Shown piece by piece: positions 24,679 through 35,844 of a stretch of 64,000 nt of DNA. The DNA lies in assembly GCA_965649765.1 (NCBI GenBank), contig OZ287755.1, positions 46,500,001 to 46,564,000 on the forward strand. Reading direction: 5' to 3'. The translations under genes and the position numbers were made by a program. How positions within the stretch are numbered: position 1 is the first letter of the stretch; every line of letters begins with the position of its first letter. Below the pieces are notes generated by a model. It saw nothing but the letters and a program-made list of their open reading frames with translations, made no database searches and was not told the DNA's origin. Source of the DNA: Bispira polyomma (lineage: Eukaryota).

Positions 24679-25656
24679 GTTCTTCCTCTTCCACATTACA
24701 TCTGGGGCTGGCTGCCATACAGAGAATCAACTCTGCTCTGAGGCCTTCCACCACTGGTGCCTACACATCACAGTTTAAGACATTTTTAGCTTTTCTTCAT
24801 TACTCAGGGCTGCAGCAGCTCTCTGTCACTTCAGTATTAGCTTTCCTTGAGTACCTAGTACAGAACAGTATTTCTCCCAGAGTAGTCAACAATTACCTGG
24901 CAGCTTTAAAATTCATGTTTGCTAAATATAACCTGGACGTTCGTCCACTCACTCACAACTCAGTTTCATTGTTCTGTCGTAGCATTTCACTTTCTTCTAA
25001 ATTTAAACCCCCCAAAAAAAGGGATATTTGACATCAACCTTCTTAGGGACATTTCCAAAGCTTGTGAAATTTTAGACGACCCACAGCTATTCCGAGCTTC
25101 TTTCTTAGTCGCTTTCTTTGGTTTCCTCAGGATGTCAAATATCGCCCCCCATTCGAGAACTAAATTTGACCATTCCAGACATTTCTTGCGGCAAGAGGTT
25201 GTCTTTGGCCCTCCAGGGGCACATTTGATCCTTAAGTGGGCAAAGAACATGCAGAACAGGTCTGACACACACATCATCCAGCTCCCTTCTCTACAGGATA
25301 AATTCCTCTGCCCAGTAGCTGCTTTACAAAAAATATTACATTCTAGACCCCTTAAACCTTTCCAACCCCTCTTTGCTTGCTTAGCCCCTCCTCATCACCC
25401 TATTGTAGACTCTCACATCAGATCTGCGCTAAAGTTAGTCCTCCAACATTTAGGGGTGGACCATAGTTACCATGGGTTCCACACTTTCCGTAGGTCCGGG
25501 GCTTCCCTAGCTTTCAACAATAATGTTTCTCTCCAACAGATTATGTCACATGGCCTTTGGCGCAGCTCAGCTGTGTGGGCTTATCTTAAAAATTCTTCTT
25601 CCCAAGCTTCTATAGTTCCACTTACTTTTGCTTCCATCATCCCCCCTTCTTCCTAG
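24679..25656 (+). CDS. Tyrosine recombinase, copy 1 (begins at a splice acceptor; +1 frameshift in C6A7 run 25008-25020)
   Basis: Catalytic motifs FFGFLRMSN, KWAKN, HTFRRSGA, HGLWRS and AYL. The upstream frame from 24679 (..LRPSTTGAYTSQFKTFLAF..VLAFLEYL..NNYLAALK) matches the N-terminus of the YR at 52018-52988. Confidence 0.9.
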
Positions 25657-25664
25657 TTTGGGTT

Positions 25665-25841
25665 TGGGTATATTTAAAATCTCTACCAAGGTTTCAATTT
25701 TAAACCTTAGTTTTTATAATTGTATATGTAAAATTAATACTAACTTGTACAGAATAAATTCTGCAAACACATCTTTCATTACTTCTCAAGGTCACCTTTA
25801 CTTAACTGACCTCAACCTCACCTGGCCTTAAAGTGGAACTG
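25665..25841 (+). repeat. Split direct repeat B (177 bp; also at 31248, 36831, 42414, 43203)
   Basis: TGGGTATATTTAAAATC...AAGTGGAACTG recurs five times, with AATAAA at 25753-25758. Confidence 0.95.
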
Positions 25842-26102
25842 TGCTTAGCACGACCATGAAGGGGTCTGCTGGTTCAGTTCGACTTTATTTATGTATAACC
25901 TTAATTAGCTAGGTTCACTCTGTTATCCCCCTCTTCTCTCTATCATCATTAGCCAATCACATAGCTACCCTGTCTTTGGGGATAGCTTTCCCTTAGCATT
26001 CCACCATTTTACATTTATGTTTACATCCATCAACAAGGGGAAAATTTATTTCTTTTTTTAATTAAACTGATTTTAACTGATTGAGTGTTTAATTTGTGTG
26101 TC

Positions 26103-27276
26103 ATGGGAAGGACAAAGAAAACACCAGTTAGCGTGCCTCAACAGGGGAAAAAGAAGACGACGGTTAGAAAGCCAAATAGTGTGAATGGCCAACTTAGACA
26201 AGGTACTATTGTTACTAATTCTGACCCCTTGGCTTTAAATCTTCAAAGTGTGCTAGCGGAAGCGGCTACAGTCCCCGATACAACTTCTGTGCAGTCGAGT
26301 ATGGGTGAAGTCCTATCCGTCTTAAAAAAGCTTGAATCAGCTAATGCAGATATACATAAACGTCTGGACCGGGTGGAGGCCCGTGGCTCGTGTAATTCAA
26401 CTCCCCTAGGTTCTCCTACAGGGGCTTCTCGCAATGGTTCAATAACGGACCACAGACAGGCAACAGATTTTGCGTTACCTCCCCCCCTCAGAGATCACAC
26501 ACGGGGTCGAGTCAGCCATGCTCCCCTCCAATCCGGACACCAAGATTATCAACGGGATGGGATCATTCCCCGGGTCGACGTGCTACGCTCATTACCTGAA
26601 GTGACGGCTGCCGTGAATGAGCGTCTGGCCAGTTATGATGCACTATTAAGGAGTGACATTATTCAAGGTAAGACGGCTACAAGGAAAAAATCGGGTCGTT
26701 ATAACACTACGGACATAGCGGGAGCTGAACCACAACTTAGATGGCCCAACGAGGGCTGTGTGGGAGTAGCCACACGAAAGCGGCCTAACTTTGATGAGCT
26801 GACGCTGCCCCAATGGCCGGCAGGTCAGCTTTTTTAATATCTCACAAGTACAGGACCCAGTGTTGCTCAAACAGATGTTAAACCAAGTTATATATTCGCT
26901 ACGTGATGCTTCCTCTCTCCCATGGTCGGCTGTTAGGGCTGCATGGGCAGCCAACATGCAGGAGGTCGAAGAGGGGCGTCTCACATGGGAAGACGCTACA
27001 CAGTGGGCATTATCACGTATGAACGTATCACAACTCACATTAGTAAATACCCAAAATTCGCAGGAAACTCAAGGGCCGGGCAATAGTAGGGGTAAAATGA
27101 TTTGTAAATATTTCAATCTAGGCAAATGTCACCATGAGGGGGACCATGGGCAATATAAACATGTGTGTTCCAACTGTAGCAGAATGTTGAACAAAGAACT
27201 ACCTCACTCAGCAGCTAAGTGTGAAAAAAATAGTGTACCTAAACAGCAGGGGCAGGGGTTTAATCAGAAGGAATAG
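26103..27276 (+). CDS. gag: Gag-like protein, copy 2 (same +1 frameshift)
   Basis: Same translation as copy 1, offset +5583. Confidence 0.85.
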
Positions 27277-27336
27277 GAGGTTTGTCAGCAACTAACTAGT
27301 AGAACAATCAGAGAGTGCGGGTATTATGGCAGTAAT

Positions 27337-30255
27337 GTGTGTAAAGGTGTTAATGAAGTAGACTTAGTAGATGCTAGTAATGAATCAGACAGTAGTGTTA
27401 AATGTTGGACTTTAAACAATAAAGCTTTAGATGAGAACATTATGAGCAGTGATAGTCAAATTGTCATAGAAGAGAAAGAAAATAATGCTAATTTACAGGA
27501 ATTAGATATTGGCAATTATGATAGGATTATAAATACAGCTCAGTTAATAGATCATAAGTATGTTAATACTGACAATCACATGAGTTTTTTAGATTGTTCA
27601 CTCAGCATTGCACGTATTAATACTTACAGAGACAGTCAGCCTGTGGCTCAGCAGTCTTCCACTGAGGAGATGGCAGATGCAGGTAGCTCTGGATATGACA
27701 GCGCTAAACCTTTTCTTGACAATAACATTTGTTACACTAACAGTAACCAGGTAGTTAAGGGTGCAGCTAATTCATGTAACATAAGTGCTGATACTAGATG
27801 CTATGTAAATAATGAAGTGCAAGCTGCACAGACAGCTGATAGTAAGGGCACATGTGGTTTACTGACATACACTGCCACAGCATCAGTTTGTAACTGGTTA
27901 ATGGAAAGTAGTCTGGGAATTCAGAATGTCATACACTTTAAAGTGCATGGTCTTGAAGCTGCCTCGAGTTTACACTTTAAAGTGCATGGTCTTGAAGCTG
28001 CCTCGAGTTTTTGTTGTTGTCAGGAGTATAATTGGACAGATGGCACTATTTTCTACAGGAAAGTAACTGAAATTCCTATCGAGTTTTTGCAAATTTTATG
28101 TGTTACAGAAATGGTTGTCACAATAAATCCAGCCCAATGGGCGTATCAACAATATAATAGTGCTCAAAAAGAACAGGCTGAACTGGCTTACTATTATTAC
28201 AACAGAGACTGTGAGTGCAGTAAAGTTTATGGTTGTGGTTACACACAACATATTGAGAACATAATAGATAAATTAACTGAATGTGATGACAACCAAAGTG
28301 CTAGTCATAATGCACCCATAAATGGTAAAAATGTTCTAACACATAATGTTAACATTACTAACTCGACGTCCGTCCGTGTGGCTCAAGAGAACATTATGGG
28401 TTGGTCGGTCGACCATACTCATAATCCAGTCATTGATCATGCTTATACGTGTAATGTCACACTTAAGGCTAAGGTAAGTCGCTCTTCTTCGAAAACTGAG
28501 ACAACAGATGTTCATTATGATACAGGTACAATAGGATTCATTAGACTTTCCAATACAGATTATGAATTTATTGGCCCAGACAGGGAGCCTATAGCTATCA
28601 ACAGTGTTGACGATATGTTTCACACTGCTGAGATAATAAGAGATACAGGATTACCCAATTATCGATCAGCTAGGATACCACTTAAGTATGGTCTTAATGT
28701 GGCAGCGTGGGAAGAACTGCTGCTTCACCACTCTGATAAGTTGCTCTTACAATACATAAAGTTTGGGTTTCCCCTCTCCTTAGATGATCCTAAGTTACTT
28801 CATAATAGCAACAGCATTAATCACCAATCTGTAATACAATACCCTCTAGAGGTGCTTCAATATCTTGAAAAGGAAAAGTCTAAGGGTGCCATGTTGGGCC
28901 CAGTTAGCACAATCAATGATACACATTTCCATTCTTCACCGTTGTTAACTAGGCCAAAAGACTTAGGTAAACGTAGAGTGATACTCAATCTTTCCTACCC
29001 ACATAACTTATCTGTCAACAGCCAAGTAGTCAGGGATTCTTTTGATAACACAAAGTTTGTACTTAGATTCCCCACAATTGACCATATCACTAAGGAAATC
29101 AGAGACATTAATGACCCAGTAGTATTTAAAACAGATGTCTCACGAGCTTTCCGTAACCTGAGGGTAGACCCCATAGATGCCATAAAGTTGGGCATAAATT
29201 GGGATGGTAACTACTACGTCGACGCTGCCGTGGCGTTTGGCTGGGCCCACGGCAGTGTGGCGTTCCAGCGTTGCTCTGATATTATTGCTGATTATATGAG
29301 ATCACATGGGTTTACTTTGTTTTGTTACATAGACGATTACGCCTGCGTATGTACCAGAAGTAAGGCAAGTGCAGGTTACACTATCCTACATAACATTTTG
29401 AACAAATTAGGTCTTCCAATCAATGACGAGAAATCTGTTACACCTGGCACATTCATGACTTTTCTAGGCATTGACATTGATATCATTAAGGGCACCATCA
29501 GCATCAACCAAGATAAGATTGACCAAATTTACCAAGAACTGCAGCATATTATCACCAAAACCTGGCTTTCACGTACCAAATACCAGAGCATGTTAGGAAA
29601 GCTATTATATATTCATAAGTGCGTCAAGCCTGCAAGGATATTTGTTAATAGATTACTGGCTGTCTTTAGAGACAATCCAGGTGTCAAGAGATTCAAAATC
29701 ACCAATAATATCAGACAAGACATCACATGGTTCATTTCGTTCTTACCTCACTTTAACGGCATAACATACATATCACCTACAGATATACCAAATATGCAAG
29801 AGTTTCACTTGGATGCTTGCCTGACAGGTTTCGGCGGTATCTGGAACAAGGAAGTTTACGCTACACCGATACATAACATTTATGGGCGTGACCTTGCAAT
29901 TACTCAACTAGAAATGTTGAATATCATTATAGCCCTAAGGCTTTGGGGTAAGCACTGGGCCCACCAGAGAGTCACAGTAAGATGCGACAATCTGGCGGTG
30001 GTGTTAGTTGTTGACACGGGTAAAACTAAAGATTCATTCTTAGCCACATGTATAAGGAACATATGGTTACTAACTTCAAGTTTCGACATTACATTGCACA
30101 TACAGCACATTAAGGGAAAACAAAATGTTAAGGCAGATGCTTTATCTCGTATTTACTCAAGTAAGCCACCTAGTGGCCAAGTAATGAAAGAACTTAGTCA
30201 GTATTGTTACAAACATATACCACTAGATTTCTTCAATCTTAATTATGCTATATAA
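27337..30255 (+). CDS. pol: Pol (RT + RNase H), copy 2
   Basis: Same 972-aa ORF as copy 1. Confidence 0.95.
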   Translation: MCKGVNEVDLVDASNESDSSVKCWTLNNKALDENIMSSDSQIVIEEKENNANLQELDIGNYDRIINTAQLIDHKYVNTDNHMSFLDCSLSIARINTYRDSQPVAQQSSTEEMADAGSSGYDSAKPFLDNNICYTNSNQVVKGAANSCNISADTRCYVNNEVQAAQTADSKGTCGLLTYTATASVCNWLMESSLGIQNVIHFKVHGLEAASSLHFKVHGLEAASSFCCCQEYNWTDGTIFYRKVTEIPIEFLQILCVTEMVVTINPAQWAYQQYNSAQKEQAELAYYYYNRDCECSKVYGCGYTQHIENIIDKLTECDDNQSASHNAPINGKNVLTHNVNITNSTSVRVAQENIMGWSVDHTHNPVIDHAYTCNVTLKAKVSRSSSKTETTDVHYDTGTIGFIRLSNTDYEFIGPDREPIAINSVDDMFHTAEIIRDTGLPNYRSARIPLKYGLNVAAWEELLLHHSDKLLLQYIKFGFPLSLDDPKLLHNSNSINHQSVIQYPLEVLQYLEKEKSKGAMLGPVSTINDTHFHSSPLLTRPKDLGKRRVILNLSYPHNLSVNSQVVRDSFDNTKFVLRFPTIDHITKEIRDINDPVVFKTDVSRAFRNLRVDPIDAIKLGINWDGNYYVDAAVAFGWAHGSVAFQRCSDIIADYMRSHGFTLFCYIDDYACVCTRSKASAGYTILHNILNKLGLPINDEKSVTPGTFMTFLGIDIDIIKGTISINQDKIDQIYQELQHIITKTWLSRTKYQSMLGKLLYIHKCVKPARIFVNRLLAVFRDNPGVKRFKITNNIRQDITWFISFLPHFNGITYISPTDIPNMQEFHLDACLTGFGGIWNKEVYATPIHNIYGRDLAITQLEMLNIIIALRLWGKHWAHQRVTVRCDNLAVVLVVDTGKTKDSFLATCIRNIWLLTSSFDITLHIQHIKGKQNVKADALSRIYSSKPPSGQVMKELSQYCYKHIPLDFFNLNYAI

Positions 30256-30261
30256 TTGTAG

Positions 30262-31239
30262 GTTCTTCCTCTTCCACATTACATCTGGGGCTGGCTGCCA
30301 TACAGAGAATCAACTCTGCTCTGAGGCCTTCCACCACTGGTGCCTACACATCACAGTTTAAGACATTTTTAGCTTTTCTTCATTACTCAGGGCTGCAGCA
30401 GCTCTCTGTCACTTCAGTATTAGCTTTCCTTGAGTACCTAGTACAGAACAGTATTTCTCCCAGAGTAGTCAACAATTACCTGGCAGCTTTAAAATTCATG
30501 TTTGCTAAATATAACCTGGACGTTCGTCCACTCACTCACAACTCAGTTTCATTGTTCTGTCGTAGCATTTCACTTTCTTCTAAATTTAAACCCCCCAAAA
30601 AAAGGGATATTTGACATCAACCTTCTTAGGGACATTTCCAAAGCTTGTGAAATTTTAGACGACCCACAGCTATTCCGAGCTTCTTTCTTAGTCGCTTTCT
30701 TTGGTTTCCTCAGGATGTCAAATATCGCCCCCCATTCGAGAACTAAATTTGACCATTCCAGACATTTCTTGCGGCAAGAGGTTGTCTTTGGCCCTCCAGG
30801 GGCACATTTGATCCTTAAGTGGGCAAAGAACATGCAGAACAGGTCTGACACACACATCATCCAGCTCCCTTCTCTACAGGATAAATTCCTCTGCCCAGTA
30901 GCTGCTTTACAAAAAATATTACATTCTAGACCCCTTAAACCTTTCCAACCCCTCTTTGCTTGCTTAGCCCCTCCTCATCACCCTATTGTAGACTCTCACA
31001 TCAGATCTGCGCTAAAGTTAGTCCTCCAACATTTAGGGGTGGACCATAGTTACCATGGGTTCCACACTTTCCGTAGGTCCGGGGCTTCCCTAGCTTTCAA
31101 CAATAATGTTTCTCTCCAACAGATTATGTCACATGGCCTTTGGCGCAGCTCAGCTGTGTGGGCTTATCTTAAAAATTCTTCTTCCCAAGCTTCTATAGTT
31201 CCACTTACTTTTGCTTCCATCATCCCCCCTTCTTCCTAG
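30262..31239 (+). CDS. Tyrosine recombinase, copy 2 (same +1 frameshift)
   Basis: Same as copy 1, offset +5583. Confidence 0.9.
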
Positions 31240-31685
31240 TTTGGGTTTGGGTATATTTAAAATCTCTACCAAGGTTTCAATTTTAAACCTTAGTTTTTAT
31301 AATTGTATATGTAAAATTAATACTAACTTGTACAGAATAAATTCTGCAAACACATCTTTCATTACTTCTCAAGGTCACCTTTACTTAACTGACCTCAACC
31401 TCACCTGGCCTTAAAGTGGAACTGTGCTTAGCACGACCATGAAGGGGTCTGCTGGTTCAGTTCGACTTTATTTATGTATAACCTTAATTAGCTAGGTTCA
31501 CTCTGTTATCCCCCTCTTCTCTCTATCATCATTAGCCAATCACATAGCTACCCTGTCTTTGGGGATAGCTTTCCCTTAGCATTCCACCATTTTACATTTA
31601 TGTTTACATCCATCAACAAGGGGAAAATTTATTTCTTTTTTTAATTAAACTGATTTTAACTGATTGAGTGTTTAATTTGTGTGTC

Positions 31686-32859
31686 ATGGGAAGGACAAAG
31701 AAAACACCAGTTAGCGTGCCTCAACAGGGGAAAAAGAAGACGACGGTTAGAAAGCCAAATAGTGTGAATGGCCAACTTAGACAAGGTACTATTGTTACTA
31801 ATTCTGACCCCTTGGCTTTAAATCTTCAAAGTGTGCTAGCGGAAGCGGCTACAGTCCCCGATACAACTTCTGTGCAGTCGAGTATGGGTGAAGTCCTATC
31901 CGTCTTAAAAAAGCTTGAATCAGCTAATGCAGATATACATAAACGTCTGGACCGGGTGGAGGCCCGTGGCTCGTGTAATTCAACTCCCCTAGGTTCTCCT
32001 ACAGGGGCTTCTCGCAATGGTTCAATAACGGACCACAGACAGGCAACAGATTTTGCGTTACCTCCCCCCCTCAGAGATCACACACGGGGTCGAGTCAGCC
32101 ATGCTCCCCTCCAATCCGGACACCAAGATTATCAACGGGATGGGATCATTCCCCGGGTCGACGTGCTACGCTCATTACCTGAAGTGACGGCTGCCGTGAA
32201 TGAGCGTCTGGCCAGTTATGATGCACTATTAAGGAGTGACATTATTCAAGGTAAGACGGCTACAAGGAAAAAATCGGGTCGTTATAACACTACGGACATA
32301 GCGGGAGCTGAACCACAACTTAGATGGCCCAACGAGGGCTGTGTGGGAGTAGCCACACGAAAGCGGCCTAACTTTGATGAGCTGACGCTGCCCCAATGGC
32401 CGGCAGGTCAGCTTTTTTAATATCTCACAAGTACAGGACCCAGTGTTGCTCAAACAGATGTTAAACCAAGTTATATATTCGCTACGTGATGCTTCCTCTC
32501 TCCCATGGTCGGCTGTTAGGGCTGCATGGGCAGCCAACATGCAGGAGGTCGAAGAGGGGCGTCTCACATGGGAAGACGCTACACAGTGGGCATTATCACG
32601 TATGAACGTATCACAACTCACATTAGTAAATACCCAAAATTCGCAGGAAACTCAAGGGCCGGGCAATAGTAGGGGTAAAATGATTTGTAAATATTTCAAT
32701 CTAGGCAAATGTCACCATGAGGGGGACCATGGGCAATACAAACATGTGTGTTCCAACTGTAGCAGAATGTTGAACAAAGAACTACCTCACTCAGCAGCTA
32801 AGTGTGAAAAAAATAGTGTACCTAAACAGCAGGGGCAGGGGTTTAATCAGAAGGAATAG
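31686..32859 (+). CDS. gag: Gag-like protein, copy 3 (same +1 frameshift)
   Basis: Same translation as copy 1, offset +11166. Confidence 0.85.
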
Positions 32860-32919
32860 GAGGTTTGTCAGCAACTAACTAGTAGAACAATCAGAGAGTG
32901 CGGGTATTATGGCAGTAAT

Positions 32920-35838
32920 GTGTGTAAAGGTGTTAATGAAGTAGACTTAGTAGATGCTAGTAATGAATCAGACAGTAGTGTTAAATGTTGGACTTTAAAC
33001 AATAAAGCTTTAGATGAGAACATTATGAGCAGTGATAGTCAAATTGTCATAGAAGAGAAAGAAAATAATGCTAATTTACAGGAATTAGATATTGGCAATT
33101 ATGATAGGATTATAAATACAGCTCAGTTAATAGATCATAAGTATGTTAATACTGACAATCACATGAGTTTTTTAGATTGTTCACTCAGCATTGCACGTAT
33201 TAATACTTACAGAGACAGTCAGCCTGTGGCTCAGCAGTCTTCCACTGAGGAGATGGCAGATGCAGGTAGCTCTGGATATGACAGCGCTAAACCTTTTCTT
33301 GACAATAACATTTGTTACACTAACAGTAACCAGGTAGTTAAGGGTGCAGCTAATTCATGTAACATAAGTGCTGATACTAGATGCTATGTAAATAATGAAG
33401 TGCAAGCTGCACAGACAGCTGATAGTAAGGGCACATGTGGTTTACTGACATACACTGCCACAGCATCAGTTTGTAACTGGTTAATGGAAAGTAGTCTGGG
33501 AATTCAGAATGTCATACACTTTAAAGTGCATGGTCTTGAAGCTGCCTCGAGTTTACACTTTAAAGTGCATGGTCTTGAAGCTGCCTCGAGTTTTTGTTGT
33601 TGTCAGGAGTATAATTGGACAGATGGCACTATTTTCTACAGGAAAGTAACTGAAATTCCTATCGAGTTTTTGCAAATTTTATGTGTTACAGAAATGGTTG
33701 TCACAATAAATCCAGCCCAATGGGCGTATCAACAATATAATAGTGCTCAAAAAGAACAGGCTGAACTGGCTTACTATTATTACAACAGAGACTGTGAGTG
33801 CAGTAAAGTTTATGGTTGTGGTTACACACAACATATTGAGAACATAATAGATAAATTAACTGAATGTGATGACAACCAAAGTGCTAGTCATAATGCACCC
33901 ATAAATGGTAAAAATGTTCTAACACATAATGTTAACATTACTAACTCGACGTCCGTCCGTGTGGCTCAAGAGAACATTATGGGTTGGTCGGTCGACCATA
34001 CACATAATCCAGTCATTGATCATGCTTATACGTGTAATGTCACACTTAAGGCTAAGGTAAGTCGCTCTTCTTCGAAAACTGAGACAACAGATGTTCATTA
34101 TGATACAGGTACAATAGGATTCATTAGACTTTCCAATACAGATTATGAATTTATTGGCCCAGACAGGGAGCCTATAGCTATCAACAGTGTTGACGATATG
34201 TTTCACACTGCTGAGATAATAAGAGATACAGGATTACCCAATTATCGATCAGCTAGGATACCACTTAAGTATGGTCTTAATGTGGCAGCGTGGGAAGAAC
34301 TGCTGCTTCACCACTCTGATAAGTTGCTCTTACAATACATAAAGTTTGGGTTTCCCCTCTCCTTAGATGATCCTAAGTTACTTCATAATAGCAACAGCAT
34401 TAATCACCAATCTGTAATACAATACCCTCTAGAGGTGCTTCAATATCTTGAAAAGGAAAAGTCTAAGGGTGCCATGTTGGGCCCAGTTAGCACAATCAAT
34501 GATACACATTTCCATTCTTCACCGTTGTTAACTAGGCCAAAAGACTTAGGTAAACGTAGAGTGATACTCAATCTTTCCTACCCACATAACTTATCTGTCA
34601 ACAGCCAAGTAGTCAGGGATTCTTTTGATAACACAAAGTTTGTACTTAGATTCCCCACAATTGACCATATCACTAAGGAAATCAGAGACATTAATGACCC
34701 AGTAGTATTTAAAACAGATGTCTCACGAGCTTTCCGTAACCTGAGGGTAGACCCCATAGATGCCATAAAGTTGGGCATAAATTGGGATGGTAACTACTAC
34801 GTCGACGCTGCCGTGGCGTTTGGCTGGGCCCACGGCAGTGTGGCGTTCCAGCGTTGCTCTGATATTATTGCTGATTATATGAGATCACATGGGTTTACTT
34901 TGTTTTGTTACATAGACGATTACGCCTGCGTATGTACCAGAAGTAAGGCAAGTGCAGGTTACACTATCCTACATAACATTTTGAACAAATTAGGTCTTCC
35001 AATCAATGACGAGAAATCTGTTACACCTGGCACATTCATGACTTTTCTAGGCATTGACATTGATATCATTAAGGGCACCATCAGCATCAACCAAGATAAG
35101 ATTGACCAAATTTACCAAGAACTGCAGCATATTATCACCAAAACCTGGCTTTCACGTACCAAATACCAGAGCATGTTAGGAAAGCTATTATATATTCATA
35201 AGTGCGTCAAGCCTGCAAGGATATTTGTTAATAGATTACTGGCTGTCTTTAGAGACAATCCAGGTGTCAAGAGATTCAAAATCACCAATAATATCAGACA
35301 AGACATCACATGGTTCATTTCGTTCTTACCTCACTTTAACGGCATAACATACATATCACCTACAGATATACCAAATATGCAAGAGTTTCACTTGGATGCT
35401 TGCCTGACAGGTTTCGGCGGTATCTGGAACAAGGAAGTTTACGCTACACCGATACATAACATTTATGGGCGTGACCTTGCAATTACTCAACTAGAAATGT
35501 TGAATATCATTATAGCCCTAAGGCTTTGGGGTAAGCACTGGGCCCACCAGAGAGTCACAGTAAGATGCGACAATCTGGCGGTGGTGTTAGTTGTTGACAC
35601 GGGTAAAACTAAAGATTCATTCTTAGCCACATGTATAAGGAACATATGGTTACTAACTTCAAGTTTCGACATTACATTGCACATACAGCACATTAAGGGA
35701 AAACAAAATGTTAAGGCAGATGCTTTATCTCGTATTTACTCAAGTAAGCCACCTAGTGGCCAAGTAATGAAAGAACTTAGTCAGTATTGTTACAAACATA
35801 TACCACTAGATTTCTTCAATCTTAATTATGCTATATAA
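32920..35838 (+). CDS. pol: Pol (RT + RNase H), copy 3
   Basis: Same 972-aa ORF, with a synonymous T>A at 34002. Confidence 0.95.
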   Translation: MCKGVNEVDLVDASNESDSSVKCWTLNNKALDENIMSSDSQIVIEEKENNANLQELDIGNYDRIINTAQLIDHKYVNTDNHMSFLDCSLSIARINTYRDSQPVAQQSSTEEMADAGSSGYDSAKPFLDNNICYTNSNQVVKGAANSCNISADTRCYVNNEVQAAQTADSKGTCGLLTYTATASVCNWLMESSLGIQNVIHFKVHGLEAASSLHFKVHGLEAASSFCCCQEYNWTDGTIFYRKVTEIPIEFLQILCVTEMVVTINPAQWAYQQYNSAQKEQAELAYYYYNRDCECSKVYGCGYTQHIENIIDKLTECDDNQSASHNAPINGKNVLTHNVNITNSTSVRVAQENIMGWSVDHTHNPVIDHAYTCNVTLKAKVSRSSSKTETTDVHYDTGTIGFIRLSNTDYEFIGPDREPIAINSVDDMFHTAEIIRDTGLPNYRSARIPLKYGLNVAAWEELLLHHSDKLLLQYIKFGFPLSLDDPKLLHNSNSINHQSVIQYPLEVLQYLEKEKSKGAMLGPVSTINDTHFHSSPLLTRPKDLGKRRVILNLSYPHNLSVNSQVVRDSFDNTKFVLRFPTIDHITKEIRDINDPVVFKTDVSRAFRNLRVDPIDAIKLGINWDGNYYVDAAVAFGWAHGSVAFQRCSDIIADYMRSHGFTLFCYIDDYACVCTRSKASAGYTILHNILNKLGLPINDEKSVTPGTFMTFLGIDIDIIKGTISINQDKIDQIYQELQHIITKTWLSRTKYQSMLGKLLYIHKCVKPARIFVNRLLAVFRDNPGVKRFKITNNIRQDITWFISFLPHFNGITYISPTDIPNMQEFHLDACLTGFGGIWNKEVYATPIHNIYGRDLAITQLEMLNIIIALRLWGKHWAHQRVTVRCDNLAVVLVVDTGKTKDSFLATCIRNIWLLTSSFDITLHIQHIKGKQNVKADALSRIYSSKPPSGQVMKELSQYCYKHIPLDFFNLNYAI

Positions 35839-35844
35839 TTGTAG

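Noticed and set aside
24919-25010. ORF-track N-terminus of YR (MLNITWTFVHSL...)
   Set aside because: It starts at TTG and has no similarity to the other YRs. The homologous N-terminus is in the neighbouring frame from 24679.
20660-25277. Antisense ORFs inside the array (63-130 aa) and their repeats
   Set aside because: They are shadows of the sense ORFs. Their recurrence reflects the tandem duplication or YR codon conservation.
25628-25831. 67-aa ORF after YR as an extra gene (e.g. the hydrolase ORF of some Ngaro elements)
   Set aside because: It has a non-ATG start, lies within repeat B and shows no SGNH-like motif.
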